Source of the DNA: Diaminobutyricimonas aerilata
GTDB taxonomy: Bacteria > Actinomycetota > Actinomycetes > Actinomycetales > Microbacteriaceae
Direction: 5' to 3'
DNA: 32,000 bases
NCBI RefSeq assembly: GCF_002797715.1
Contig: NZ_PGFF01000001.1
Coordinates: 1,045,304-1,077,303 of the forward strand
The stretch's first letter is position 1. Every line of letters begins with the position of its first letter. Of this stretch, positions 1 through 9,949 are shown piece after piece. The notes below the pieces were generated by a model that had not been told where the DNA came from, searched no databases, and was given only the letters and a program-made list of their open reading frames with translations. Position numbers and translations under genes: made by a program.

Positions 1-1
1 G

Positions 2-301
2 GCCGCCGGGGCCTTCTCGGCCGGCATCGAAGTCGCCATCGACCACGACACCAACCAGACCGACCTCGACAGCGTGGTGGCTGCCGCCACCGCCACCGTG
101 CCGGTGGCGCTGTTCGTGATCGGAATCTGGTCGCTCGCGCTGCGGCGAGTACTGCCGCGGTGGGCCAACGTGGTCGTCGTGGTGCTCGGGGTGGCCATCG
201 CGCTCGCCGCACTCGGGCCCTACAGTTTCGTCGTGGCAGCTGTCGGGATGGTCGTGATCGTGCTGGTGCTCGAAGTCACGCGGCCGCCGAAGGCGTCGTG
301 A
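2..301 (+). CDS. integral membrane protein, C-terminal fragment (gene begins upstream of the window)
   Basis: The frame is open from the window edge to the TGA at 299-301. It has hydrophobic TM-like stretches (VPVALFVIGIWSLAL, VVVVVLGVAIALAAL, VVAAVGMVVIVLVL) and high third-position GC. Confidence 0.5.
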   Translation, partial: AAGAFSAGIEVAIDHDTNQTDLDSVVAAATATVPVALFVIGIWSLALRRVLPRWANVVVVVLGVAIALAALGPYSFVVAAVGMVVIVLVLEVTRPPKAS

Positions 302-386
302 CCTGCCGGTCCGCCCCGGAAGATCCCGCCTTCGGCAGCTGTCGGTCGTGATTCCGGAGGACCCGCCAGCTCGGACCCGCCGACGC

Positions 387-407
387 TTGACCCGGTGGTG
401 GGAACAC
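387..407 (+). promoter_or_regulatory. promoter/operator-like motif TTGACCCGGTGGTGGGAACAC upstream of the 520-1152 gene
   Basis: It matches the motif at 1199-1219 upstream of the MerR gene at 18 of 21 positions. The TTGAC-N7-TGGGAACAC spacing is identical. It is followed by the small palindrome ACAC-A-GTGT (404-412). Confidence 0.4.
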
Positions 408-519
408 AGTGTCGACTCGCTCTATGTGTGATGACGCGACGCGTCGGCGACCGGCCGCCCCACCGGCGCGCCCACGCCCGCGCGCCTCGGTCGGGTCATC
501 GCCGAAGCAGGGCGGCTGA

Positions 520-1152
520 ATGGGGCGGGTCAAGCCCGGCGACGGCCGCCCGTTGCAGCCCTACCGGTGGTGGCAACTGTTCGCCCGCTCGCTGTTCCAC
601 ATCCGTCTGGCCGGCGACAACGGCGCGTCGGACCTGTGGTCCGTCGACGTGCGACACGGGGGCGACTCGAACGGCGTGGTGCACGGGGAGTTGTACCGCA
701 ACAGGGTGAACGAAACTCGAGCCAAACTCCCCGCGGCGTTCCCGGTGCCGGGCGGCACCATCGAGGTCGCCGCAAGCAGTTTCGGACTGAAGCGCTGCCA
801 CTTCGTCGGGACGGACGGCACTCGGAGGCAGTTGACGCCCGACCCGGCGTCGGCCGAGGGGCGGCGGGCCCATCTGGGGCGCGCGAGGCCGGTGCTGAGC
901 CGTGCCATCGGACTCGTCTCCGGGATGGTGCTCGTCGTCGGGCTCCTGCTCGGCGTGCCGCAGATCGTCGAACAGATCACCCGGATCCCGTTCATCGCCG
1001 GTCACGTCGGCGTATTCGTCAGCCCGATCGCACTCGCCGCGGAGGTGAACGTCGTGCTGGTGCTCGTCTCGGTCGGGGCGAGCGTCGAGCGCGCGCTGCG
1101 ACTGCGCTACAACCGGCTCCTCGATGGCGGCATCTTCGACGGCGACGACTGA
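520..1152 (+). CDS. hypothetical membrane protein
   Basis: 210-aa ORF with normal amino-acid composition (W, F, Y, N, K present) and high GC3. The C-terminal half has TM-like segments (LVSGMVLVVGLLLGV, VGVFVSPIALAAEVNVVLVLVSVG). I recognise no family. Confidence 0.55.
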   Translation: MGRVKPGDGRPLQPYRWWQLFARSLFHIRLAGDNGASDLWSVDVRHGGDSNGVVHGELYRNRVNETRAKLPAAFPVPGGTIEVAASSFGLKRCHFVGTDGTRRQLTPDPASAEGRRAHLGRARPVLSRAIGLVSGMVLVVGLLLGVPQIVEQITRIPFIAGHVGVFVSPIALAAEVNVVLVLVSVGASVERALRLRYNRLLDGGIFDGDD

Positions 1153-1198
1153 GCACGGCATCCATCACCCCACGACGGCGTTCGCCGCTGTTGCGAGG

Positions 1199-1219
1199 TT
1201 GACACTGTGCTGGGAACAC
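1199..1219 (+). promoter_or_regulatory. promoter/operator-like motif TTGACACTGTGCTGGGAACAC upstream of the MerR-family gene
   Basis: It matches 387-407 at 18 of 21 positions. It contains a TTGACA -35-like hexamer overlapping the palindrome CAC-T-GTG, and lies 39 nt upstream of the ATG at 1258. Confidence 0.4.
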
Positions 1220-1257
1220 CGTTTTCGATGGGGTCCTGCTGAGGAGGGACCACACGA

Positions 1258-1617
1258 ATGCCTTGGAGTACGCGGGAGATCGCCGACCTCGCCGGGACGA
1301 CCCTCAACACGGTGCGGCACTACCACCGGATCGGCCTGCTCGAGGAACCGGAGCGCACGACGAACGGCTACAAGCAGTATCAGGTCCGCCACCTCGTGCG
1401 GTTGCTGCAGATCAGGCGCCTTCGCGACCTCGGAGTGCCACTCGAACAGATCGAGCGGGCGGATGGGAGTGGAGACGGTGCCTCCGCCGCACTGCGGTCC
1501 ATCGATGCCGACCTGGGGACCACCATCGAACGCCTTCAACGTAACCACGCGGAGATCAAGGCGATCCTCGCGGGGTCGTCCCCTTCCGAAGTGCACGCGG
1601 AGAAGACGAACCGGTAG
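1258..1617 (+). CDS. MerR family transcriptional regulator
   Basis: N-terminal HTH typical of MerR proteins (REIADLAGTTLNTVRHYHRIGLL...GYKQY) followed by a short coiled-coil-like C-terminus. An AGGAGGG RBS lies 8 nt upstream. Confidence 0.85.
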   Translation: MPWSTREIADLAGTTLNTVRHYHRIGLLEEPERTTNGYKQYQVRHLVRLLQIRRLRDLGVPLEQIERADGSGDGASAALRSIDADLGTTIERLQRNHAEIKAILAGSSPSEVHAEKTNR

Positions 1618-1749
1618 GCGAGCACCGCGGGTTCAACGTCACGTGGACAAACGTGAAGAGCACGCCGGACTTGACCATGTTGCCGCCACACGGGCTTCAC
1701 TGGCCGTGAGTGAGCCCGATCTCGCTCCTGACGGAAACGGAGTGACATC

Positions 1750-2352
1750 GTGGCGATTCTGAGACGGCCTTTTCGTATCATTCGGGACCACTTCCGCGCT
1801 TACCTCGTGCTCAACGTGGTCATCTACGGAGCCTGCATGGCCGGAATGGTCGTCGGCATGATGTTCCCCGACCTGACGGAGTCGCAGGTCACGGCCATCC
1901 GGGAGGGCGAGAGCGCCGATCTGATCAGGTCGTTGACGAGCACGCCAGCGCTGTTCGCGCTGGCGATCTTCGCTAACAACCTCCTCCGAGCAGGGTTGTT
2001 GTCGATCGTGCTCCCATCCCTGGTCGTGCCGTTCTCGGGCATCGTCATCACGACGCTGCAGGTGTTCTTGGTCGGCATCATCCTGGCTCCTATCGATGCC
2101 GAGGCGACCGAGATCCTGTTACCGCACTCGGTGACCCTGATTCTCGAGTTCCAGGCCTATGTGGTGCTGGCCTTGGGGGCGTTCGTGCTGGGCAGGAACT
2201 GGCTGCGCCCCTCCTCCGTCGGAGCACCGAACCGGCGCCAGGGGTACCTACGGGGGCTCAGGGAGATCGCCGGGCTGGGCGCGCTCGCCCTGCTCCTGCT
2301 TCTCGTCGGCGCGGTATACGAGGCGATCTCGGTCTCCGACATCATCGGATAG
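1750..2352 (+). CDS. stage II sporulation protein M-like (DUF95) integral membrane protein
   Basis: 200 aa with a GTG start and multiple TM segments. The N-terminus (RDHFRAYLVLNVVIYGACMAG...) is typical of the SpoIIM/DUF95 family as I recall it. It contains the only in-frame TTA codon I could find (2119-2121). Confidence 0.65.
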   Translation: MAILRRPFRIIRDHFRAYLVLNVVIYGACMAGMVVGMMFPDLTESQVTAIREGESADLIRSLTSTPALFALAIFANNLLRAGLLSIVLPSLVVPFSGIVITTLQVFLVGIILAPIDAEATEILLPHSVTLILEFQAYVVLALGAFVLGRNWLRPSSVGAPNRRQGYLRGLREIAGLGALALLLLLVGAVYEAISVSDIIG

Positions 2353-2447
2353 CGCGTTCGGCTCGGTGCTCCGCCTGGTCGTGCGGAGGGAATGCGGCAC
2401 GTCGGGCACGGGCGAGTGAATCGGGGGTCCGCTGGCAGGATGGGACG

Positions 2448-3146
2448 ATGACGGATGCCGCGCCGCACCCCCGCCTCGACGAGCTCATCGCCACCCTCGA
2501 GCGTCTGCGGGCGCCGGGCGGTTGCGCGTGGGATCGCGAACAGACCCACGAGTCGCTCGTGCAGTACCTGATCGAGGAGACCTACGAACTCGTCGACGCC
2601 ATCGAGTCCGGGTCGCGCGACGAGCTCGTCGAGGAGCTCGGCGACGTGCTGTACCAGGTGCTGTTCCACTCCGACATCGCGACCGAGGCCGGCTCGTTCA
2701 CGATCGAGGACGTCGCGGCGCACATGAACGCCAAGATGATCAGCCGGCACCCCCACGTCTTCGGTGACGCGGTCGCCGATACCGCCGACGCCGTCGTCGC
2801 CCGCTGGGACGAGCTCAAGAAGACCGAGAAACCCACGCGTACGAGCGTGCTCGACGGCATCCCGCAGGCGATGCCCGCCCTCGCGCTCGCCGACAAGGTG
2901 ATCGGGCGCGCGCACCGGGTGGGGGTCGACGTGCCGGAGGCGGACGGCGTCGACGATCACGCGGGCGAGGAGGAGTTCGGCGAGCAGCTGCTCGCCCTCG
3001 TCGCTGCGGCGCGCGCCCGCGGTTGGGATTCCGAACGCGCGCTGCGCGGAGCGTTGCGACGGCTGCAGGGCGACATCCGCTCGGTCGAGCGGAGGGACGA
3101 CGCCCTCGCCAACCCGAATGGCGAGGGCGCCGCAGCCCGGACATGA
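2448..3146 (+). CDS. mazG: MazG nucleoside triphosphate pyrophosphohydrolase
   Basis: Carries the MazG signature (LRAPGGCAWDREQTHESL..YLIEETYELVDAIE....ELGDVLYQV) and sits in the conserved actinobacterial position upstream of eno. Confidence 0.85.
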   Translation: MTDAAPHPRLDELIATLERLRAPGGCAWDREQTHESLVQYLIEETYELVDAIESGSRDELVEELGDVLYQVLFHSDIATEAGSFTIEDVAAHMNAKMISRHPHVFGDAVADTADAVVARWDELKKTEKPTRTSVLDGIPQAMPALALADKVIGRAHRVGVDVPEADGVDDHAGEEEFGEQLLALVAAARARGWDSERALRGALRRLQGDIRSVERRDDALANPNGEGAAART

Positions 3147-3388
3147 CCGTTCGATGAACGGGTCCGGACTCGAACCGACGGCTTACCCGAACCGTCGGCC
3201 CGCGTTTGTCGGGAGCGCAGCGCTCCGTCACGACTGATTCGCGTCGTCCCATCGGGTAGTGGGGGAGGTGGGCAGACACCGCATTCTATCCCGCGTCGTT
3301 CGGGGCGGCAAACGACTGAAGCTCTGATTCGCGGTCGTCCGGCGGGAGCGTGACCGACACCGGTCGGCGGGCCTGGGAGAATCGGATC

Positions 3389-6005
<2,617 letters not shown>

Positions 6006-6015
6006 AGTCGACGAC

Positions 6016-6522
6016 ATGGCGCGGCGGCAGCACACCCGGAAGGTCCCCGTCGCCCTGCCGGAGCGCGACAGCGTTCAGGCGGGGTGGATGCGGGGCTTCC
6101 GGGTCTCCGGATTCACCCTCACGGTGCTCTTCCTCATCGTCGCCGCGCTCGTGTCGCTCGCCCCGTCGCTCAAGAACCTGATCGAGCAGCAGCAGGAGAT
6201 CGCGCTGCGCGAGCAGCAGCTCGCCGACGCGCGGGACCAGGTCGACGAGCTCGAACAGCAGGTCGCGCGCTGGCAGGACCCCGCGTACCTCAAGGCGCAA
6301 GCCCGCGACCGGCTGATCTACGCGTTCCCGGGTGACATCACCTACCTGGTGGCGGATGACCGTGAGAACGTCGCGGCCACGCCGGTGCTCCCCATCAGCG
6401 ACGAACTGCAGACGAGCAAGGTCGACTGGACCCGCTCCATGCTCGACTCCGTGCTCACGGCGGGACTCACTGAGCAGCCCGCCGACCAGATCGTCTCCCC
6501 CCAGCTCCAGGATCAGCAGTGA
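6016..6522 (+). CDS. ftsB: septum formation initiator family protein (FtsB/DivIC)
   Basis: Single N-terminal TM segment followed by a coiled coil (LIEQQQEIALREQQLADARDQVDELEQQVARWQDPAYL). Conserved position directly after eno. Confidence 0.8.
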   Translation: MARRQHTRKVPVALPERDSVQAGWMRGFRVSGFTLTVLFLIVAALVSLAPSLKNLIEQQQEIALREQQLADARDQVDELEQQVARWQDPAYLKAQARDRLIYAFPGDITYLVADDRENVAATPVLPISDELQTSKVDWTRSMLDSVLTAGLTEQPADQIVSPQLQDQQ

Positions 6523-7061
6523 CCAGACCCCCGTTCCCTCCGCCCACCGAGGCCGAGGTGGATGCGGTGAGCCGCCAACTCGGCCGCCCGGCGCGAGGAG
6601 TGATCGGCATCGCCGCGCGCTGCGCGTGCGGGGCGCCGACCGTCGTCGCGACCCTCCCGCGGCTGCCCGACGGCACGCCGTTCCCCACGCTGTACTACTT
6701 GAGCCACCCCGCCGCGACGGCGGCGATGTCGACCCTCGAGGCCATCGGCGTCATGCCGGAGTGGGCCGCCACCCTCGAGGGCGAGATCGCCGAGGCGTAC
6801 ACCGCCGCCCATGAGCAGTACCTCGCCGACCGCGAGAGCGTCGCGCACGTGCCCGAGATCGACGGGGTCTCGGCCGGCGGGATGCCCACTCGGGTGAAGT
6901 GCCTCCACGCGCTCGCCGCGCACGCCCTCGCGACCGGGCCCGGTGTGAACCCGATCGGCGATCGGGCGATCGCCGAGTCGGCGTGGAGCCCCGACCGGTG
7001 CGAATGCGCGGAGCCCTTCGACGCCTCGCAGGCGTCGTGGCTGCCCGGAACCGCGGCGTGA
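6519..7061 (+). CDS. DUF501 domain-containing protein
   Basis: DUF501-like sequence (FPTLYYLSHP...GGMPTRVKCLH). The start overlaps the ftsB stop (GTGA). Conserved eno-ftsB-DUF501 order. Confidence 0.8.
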   Translation: MTRPPFPPPTEAEVDAVSRQLGRPARGVIGIAARCACGAPTVVATLPRLPDGTPFPTLYYLSHPAATAAMSTLEAIGVMPEWAATLEGEIAEAYTAAHEQYLADRESVAHVPEIDGVSAGGMPTRVKCLHALAAHALATGPGVNPIGDRAIAESAWSPDRCECAEPFDASQASWLPGTAA

Positions 7062-8293
7062 GAGCCCTCGCGCGAGGCACGGCCGTGCTCGGCCTCGTCG
7101 TCGCCTCGCTCGCCGTCGCGACTCCGGCGCACGCCGACCCGGTGCGCGATCTCGAGTACTGGCTCGACGATTACGGCATCCGCGAGGCGTGGAACACGAC
7201 CCGCGGAGCGGGCGTGACGATCGCGGTCATCGACACCGGCATCGACGGCACCCATCCGGATCTCGCCGGGGCGGTCGTCGGCGGGTCGGACTTCTCGGGC
7301 CTCGGGGCGCGCAACGGGCAGCAACCGGTCGGTTCGACCGGCAGTGAGCACGGCACCCTCGTCGGCTCGCTCGCGGCGGGCCGGGGGAGCGCGCCCGACA
7401 CGGGCGTCATCGGCGCCGCTCCCGAGGCCGACCTGCTGTCCCTCTCCATCGGATTCGGTGAAGGGGAGATCGGGTCGGACGACCAGATCGCGAGCGCCGT
7501 GCGGTGGGCCGTCGACAACGGTGCCGACGTGATCAACATGTCCCTCACCCGCAACACGCGGGACTGGCCCGAGAGCTGGGATGACGCGTTCCTCTACGCG
7601 ATGGACAACGACGTGGTCGTCGTCGCCGCGGCGGGCAACCGCGGCACGGGTACCTACGTCGTCGGCGCTCCGGCGACCATGCCCGGTGTGCTGACCGTCG
7701 GAGGCGTGACCCGCGACGAGCAGGTCAGCGCCGAGGCGTCGTCGCAGGGCATCACGATCGGCGTCTCCGCACCGAGCGAGGAACTCGTCGGAGCGCTACC
7801 GGGGGGCGGCCACGCCCAGTGGGGCGGCACGAGCGGCGCGAGCCCGATCGTCGCCGGCATCGTCGCGCTCGTGCGCGCCGCGCATCCGGAACTCGACGCC
7901 GCCAACGTCATCAACCGGATCACCGAGACCGCTCGCGACCGCGGACCCTCCGGACAGGACTACTCGTACGGTTTCGGTCTCGTCGACGCGGCTGCCGCCG
8001 TCAACGACCGGGTGCCCGAGGTCGACGAGAACCCGATGGGCGATCTGCGGGAGTGGATCCGCGTCAACCGGCGCGCGCCCGCCGACGACCCGACCGCCGC
8101 CCCCACTCCGCTCGAACCCTCGGCCCCTCCGCTCATCGAAGCGCGCGGTCCGAGCGGCACGCTCTATCCGACCCCCGGGCAGCTGCGGGACGTCGGCATC
8201 CCGCTGCTCGTCTTCGTGGCGTTCGGCGGAGCCTTCGTCGTCGCGACCGCCCGCGCGGTCCGCGCGTACGGAGCGACTCGCCGCAGGGGGTAG
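7058..8293 (+). CDS. S8 family serine peptidase, mycosin-like architecture (signal peptide, subtilase domain, Pro-rich linker, C-terminal TM anchor)
   Basis: Catalytic triad contexts are AVIDTGID (Asp), EHGTLVGS (His) and GTSGASP (Ser). The signal peptide ends ATPAHA|DP. The C-terminal anchor is IPLLVFVAFGGAFVVATA followed by basic residues. The GTG at 7058 overlaps the DUF501 stop (GTGA). Confidence 0.85.
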   Translation: MRALARGTAVLGLVVASLAVATPAHADPVRDLEYWLDDYGIREAWNTTRGAGVTIAVIDTGIDGTHPDLAGAVVGGSDFSGLGARNGQQPVGSTGSEHGTLVGSLAAGRGSAPDTGVIGAAPEADLLSLSIGFGEGEIGSDDQIASAVRWAVDNGADVINMSLTRNTRDWPESWDDAFLYAMDNDVVVVAAAGNRGTGTYVVGAPATMPGVLTVGGVTRDEQVSAEASSQGITIGVSAPSEELVGALPGGGHAQWGGTSGASPIVAGIVALVRAAHPELDAANVINRITETARDRGPSGQDYSYGFGLVDAAAAVNDRVPEVDENPMGDLREWIRVNRRAPADDPTAAPTPLEPSAPPLIEARGPSGTLYPTPGQLRDVGIPLLVFVAFGGAFVVATARAVRAYGATRRRG

Positions 8294-8331
8294 ATTTGTC
8301 GGCGGACCTTCGACCAAGGAGACACTGACTC

Positions 8332-9651
8332 GTGCCCAAGATCCTCATCGTCGGCGGCGGATACGCCGGTTTCTACACGGCTCTCAAGCTCGAGAAGTGG
8401 CTCCGGCCCGGCGAGGCGGAGGTCACCGTGGTGGACCCGCTGCCGTACATGACCTACCAGCCGTTCCTCCCCGAGGTCGCCGCCGGGTCGATCGAGCCGC
8501 GTCACGCCGTGGTCGCCCTGCGTCGTCACCTCAAGAAGACGAACGTCGTCACCGCCCGGGTCACCGGCATCGACCACGCGAGCAAGACCGCGACGATCAC
8601 GCCCGAGATCGGCGCGCCGTACGAGTTCGAGTACGACCAGATCGTGGTCACCGCGGGATCGGTCTCCCGCACCTTCCCGATCCCGGGTGTCGCCGACAAC
8701 GCCATCGGCCTCAAGACCATCGAAGAGGCGATCGCGATCCGCGACCGCATCCTCACCAACTTCCAGAAGGCGTCGAACCTGCCCGCCGGTGCGGAGCGCG
8801 ACCGCCTGCTCACCTTCGTCGTGGTCGGCGGCGGCTTCGCCGGCATCGAGATCTTCGCCGAGATGCGCAGCTTCGCGAGCGCGCTGCTGAAGTACTACCC
8901 GAACCTGACCTTCGACGACGTGCACTTCCACCTCATCGAGGCGATGGGCCGCATCATGCCCGAGGTGTCGCTGCCGACGAGCCTCTGGGTCATCAAGAAC
9001 CTCGCGCAGCGCGGGGCGATCGTGCACCTCGACACGCAGCTCAAGAGTGCCGTGGACGGCCAGATCGAGCTGTCGACGGGCGAGACGTTCGAGTCCGACC
9101 TCATCGTCTGGACGGCGGGCGTCATGGCCCACCCGATGCTGCGCGGCACCGACCTCCCCACCGAGGAGCGCGGCCGCCTGCGTGTGCAGCCCGACCTCCG
9201 GGTCATCAACGACGACGGCATCGTGCCGGACGCGTGGGGTGCCGGTGATGTGAGCGCCGTGCCCGACCTCACCGGAAAGGGCGTCGGCGGCTTCTGCGTG
9301 CCGAACGCTCAGCACGCCGTGCGTCAGGGCAAGCTCATGGCGAAGAACATCGTCGCCGTGCTGCGCGGCGAGGAGCCGAAGGACTACTACCACGAGAACC
9401 TCGGCGCGGTCGCGGGCCTCGGACTCGGCGTCGGCGCCTTCCAGAGCGGCAAGCTCGCCATCAAGGGCGTCATCGCGTGGTTCATGCACCGCGGCTACCA
9501 CGGCCTCGCGATCCCGATGTGGGAGCGCAAGATCCGCGTCTTCTCGAACTGGATCCTCAACTTCCTGCTCGGCCGCGACATCGTCGAGCTGAGCGCGCGC
9601 GAGCAGCCGCGCGTGGCGTTCGAGACGTTCGCGTCGCGACCCAAGTCCTGA
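8332..9651 (+). CDS. ndh: type II NADH:quinone oxidoreductase (NDH-2)
   Basis: Two dinucleotide-binding motifs (ILIVGGGYAGF and FVVVGGGFAGIE) and an overall NDH-2-like sequence. An AAGGAGA RBS lies upstream of the GTG at 8332. Confidence 0.9.
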   Translation: MPKILIVGGGYAGFYTALKLEKWLRPGEAEVTVVDPLPYMTYQPFLPEVAAGSIEPRHAVVALRRHLKKTNVVTARVTGIDHASKTATITPEIGAPYEFEYDQIVVTAGSVSRTFPIPGVADNAIGLKTIEEAIAIRDRILTNFQKASNLPAGAERDRLLTFVVVGGGFAGIEIFAEMRSFASALLKYYPNLTFDDVHFHLIEAMGRIMPEVSLPTSLWVIKNLAQRGAIVHLDTQLKSAVDGQIELSTGETFESDLIVWTAGVMAHPMLRGTDLPTEERGRLRVQPDLRVINDDGIVPDAWGAGDVSAVPDLTGKGVGGFCVPNAQHAVRQGKLMAKNIVAVLRGEEPKDYYHENLGAVAGLGLGVGAFQSGKLAIKGVIAWFMHRGYHGLAIPMWERKIRVFSNWILNFLLGRDIVELSAREQPRVAFETFASRPKS

Positions 9652-9662
9652 ACGGTTGAGGC

Positions 9663-9690
9663 GACGGCCCGGGCTCGCGCCCGGGCCGTC
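9663..9690 (+). terminator. GC-rich hairpin terminator after ndh
   Basis: Perfect 11-bp stem GACGGCCCGGG / CCCGGGCCGTC with a 6-nt loop, 12 nt after the ndh stop, followed by GTCGTT. Confidence 0.6.
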
Positions 9691-9810
9691 GTCGTTCCCG
9701 CGCCCGCCGCGTCCGGCCGTCGTCCTCCCGCGCACGCCGGCCGCCGCACCGCGACCCCTCGCGCTCCAGTTCCGCGTCCCCGCGATCTGTCGCGCCGCAG
9801 TTCCGCGCTC
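9684..9810. repeat. degenerate tandem repeat, 31-nt period, about 4 units
   Basis: Units start at 9684, 9715, 9746 and 9777. Units 1 and 2 share 24/31 positions (GGCCGTCGTC.T.CCCGCGC.CGCC). Units 3 and 4 share CCGCGA....TCGCGC..CAGTTCCGCG. The phase is constant throughout. The array is intergenic. Confidence 0.6.
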
Positions 9811-9858
9811 GCGCTACAGGAAAGCGTGGCGCGCGACCACGTTCCAGTAGCGCGAGCG
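9806..9858. other. nested stem-loop (12-bp perfect inverted repeat enclosing a 5-bp hairpin)
   Basis: CGCTCGCGCTAC (9806-9817) pairs with GTAGCGCGAGCG (9847-9858). The inner pair is CGTGG (9825-9829) with CCACG (9837-9841). It lies about 90 nt upstream of the tRNA. Confidence 0.5.
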
Positions 9859-9949
9859 GGACGGGAGGCCGCGCCGTCGGGGCCGGAGGCAGCGCGGATC
9901 CGAGAGTCCGCGTGCGCCGGCCATTAGGCTGACGGCGCGCGCCGGGCGC

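Noticed and set aside
3260-3290. T-box riboswitch upstream of hisS (GGTGGGCAGACACCGC resembling GGUGGUACCGCG)
   Set aside because: The match carries a 4-nt insertion. I could not identify a Stem I with a specifier loop presenting a His codon, or a convincing antiterminator/sequestrator pair. It is kept only as a weak possibility within the leader finding.
6899-7057. Upstream extension of the S8 protease ORF (start at 6899)
   Set aside because: The extension is Arg-rich (MPPRARRARPRDRARC...) and overlaps the DUF501 CDS. The GTG at 7058 gives a canonical signal peptide and a GTGA coupling junction.
8164-9735. 523-aa minus-strand ORF opposite ndh. Similar long antisense or out-of-frame ORFs lie at 4659-6035 (-), 13360-14454 (-), 16209-17315 (+), 19990-20841 (-), 21189-22637 (-), 23001-24032 (-), 26671-27918 (-), 27878-28729 (-), 29172-30533 (-) and 30313-31977 (-).
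   Set aside because: Each fully overlaps a CDS with clear family motifs on the other strand or frame. Their translations are dominated by R, A, G, P, D, E and H. They are GC-driven open frames, not genes.
9684-9810. Possible CRISPR array (repeats of about 31 nt)
   Set aside because: The units are contiguous with no spacers and are degenerate (about 75% identity). There are only four of them and no cas genes are nearby. It is a tandem repeat, not a CRISPR array.
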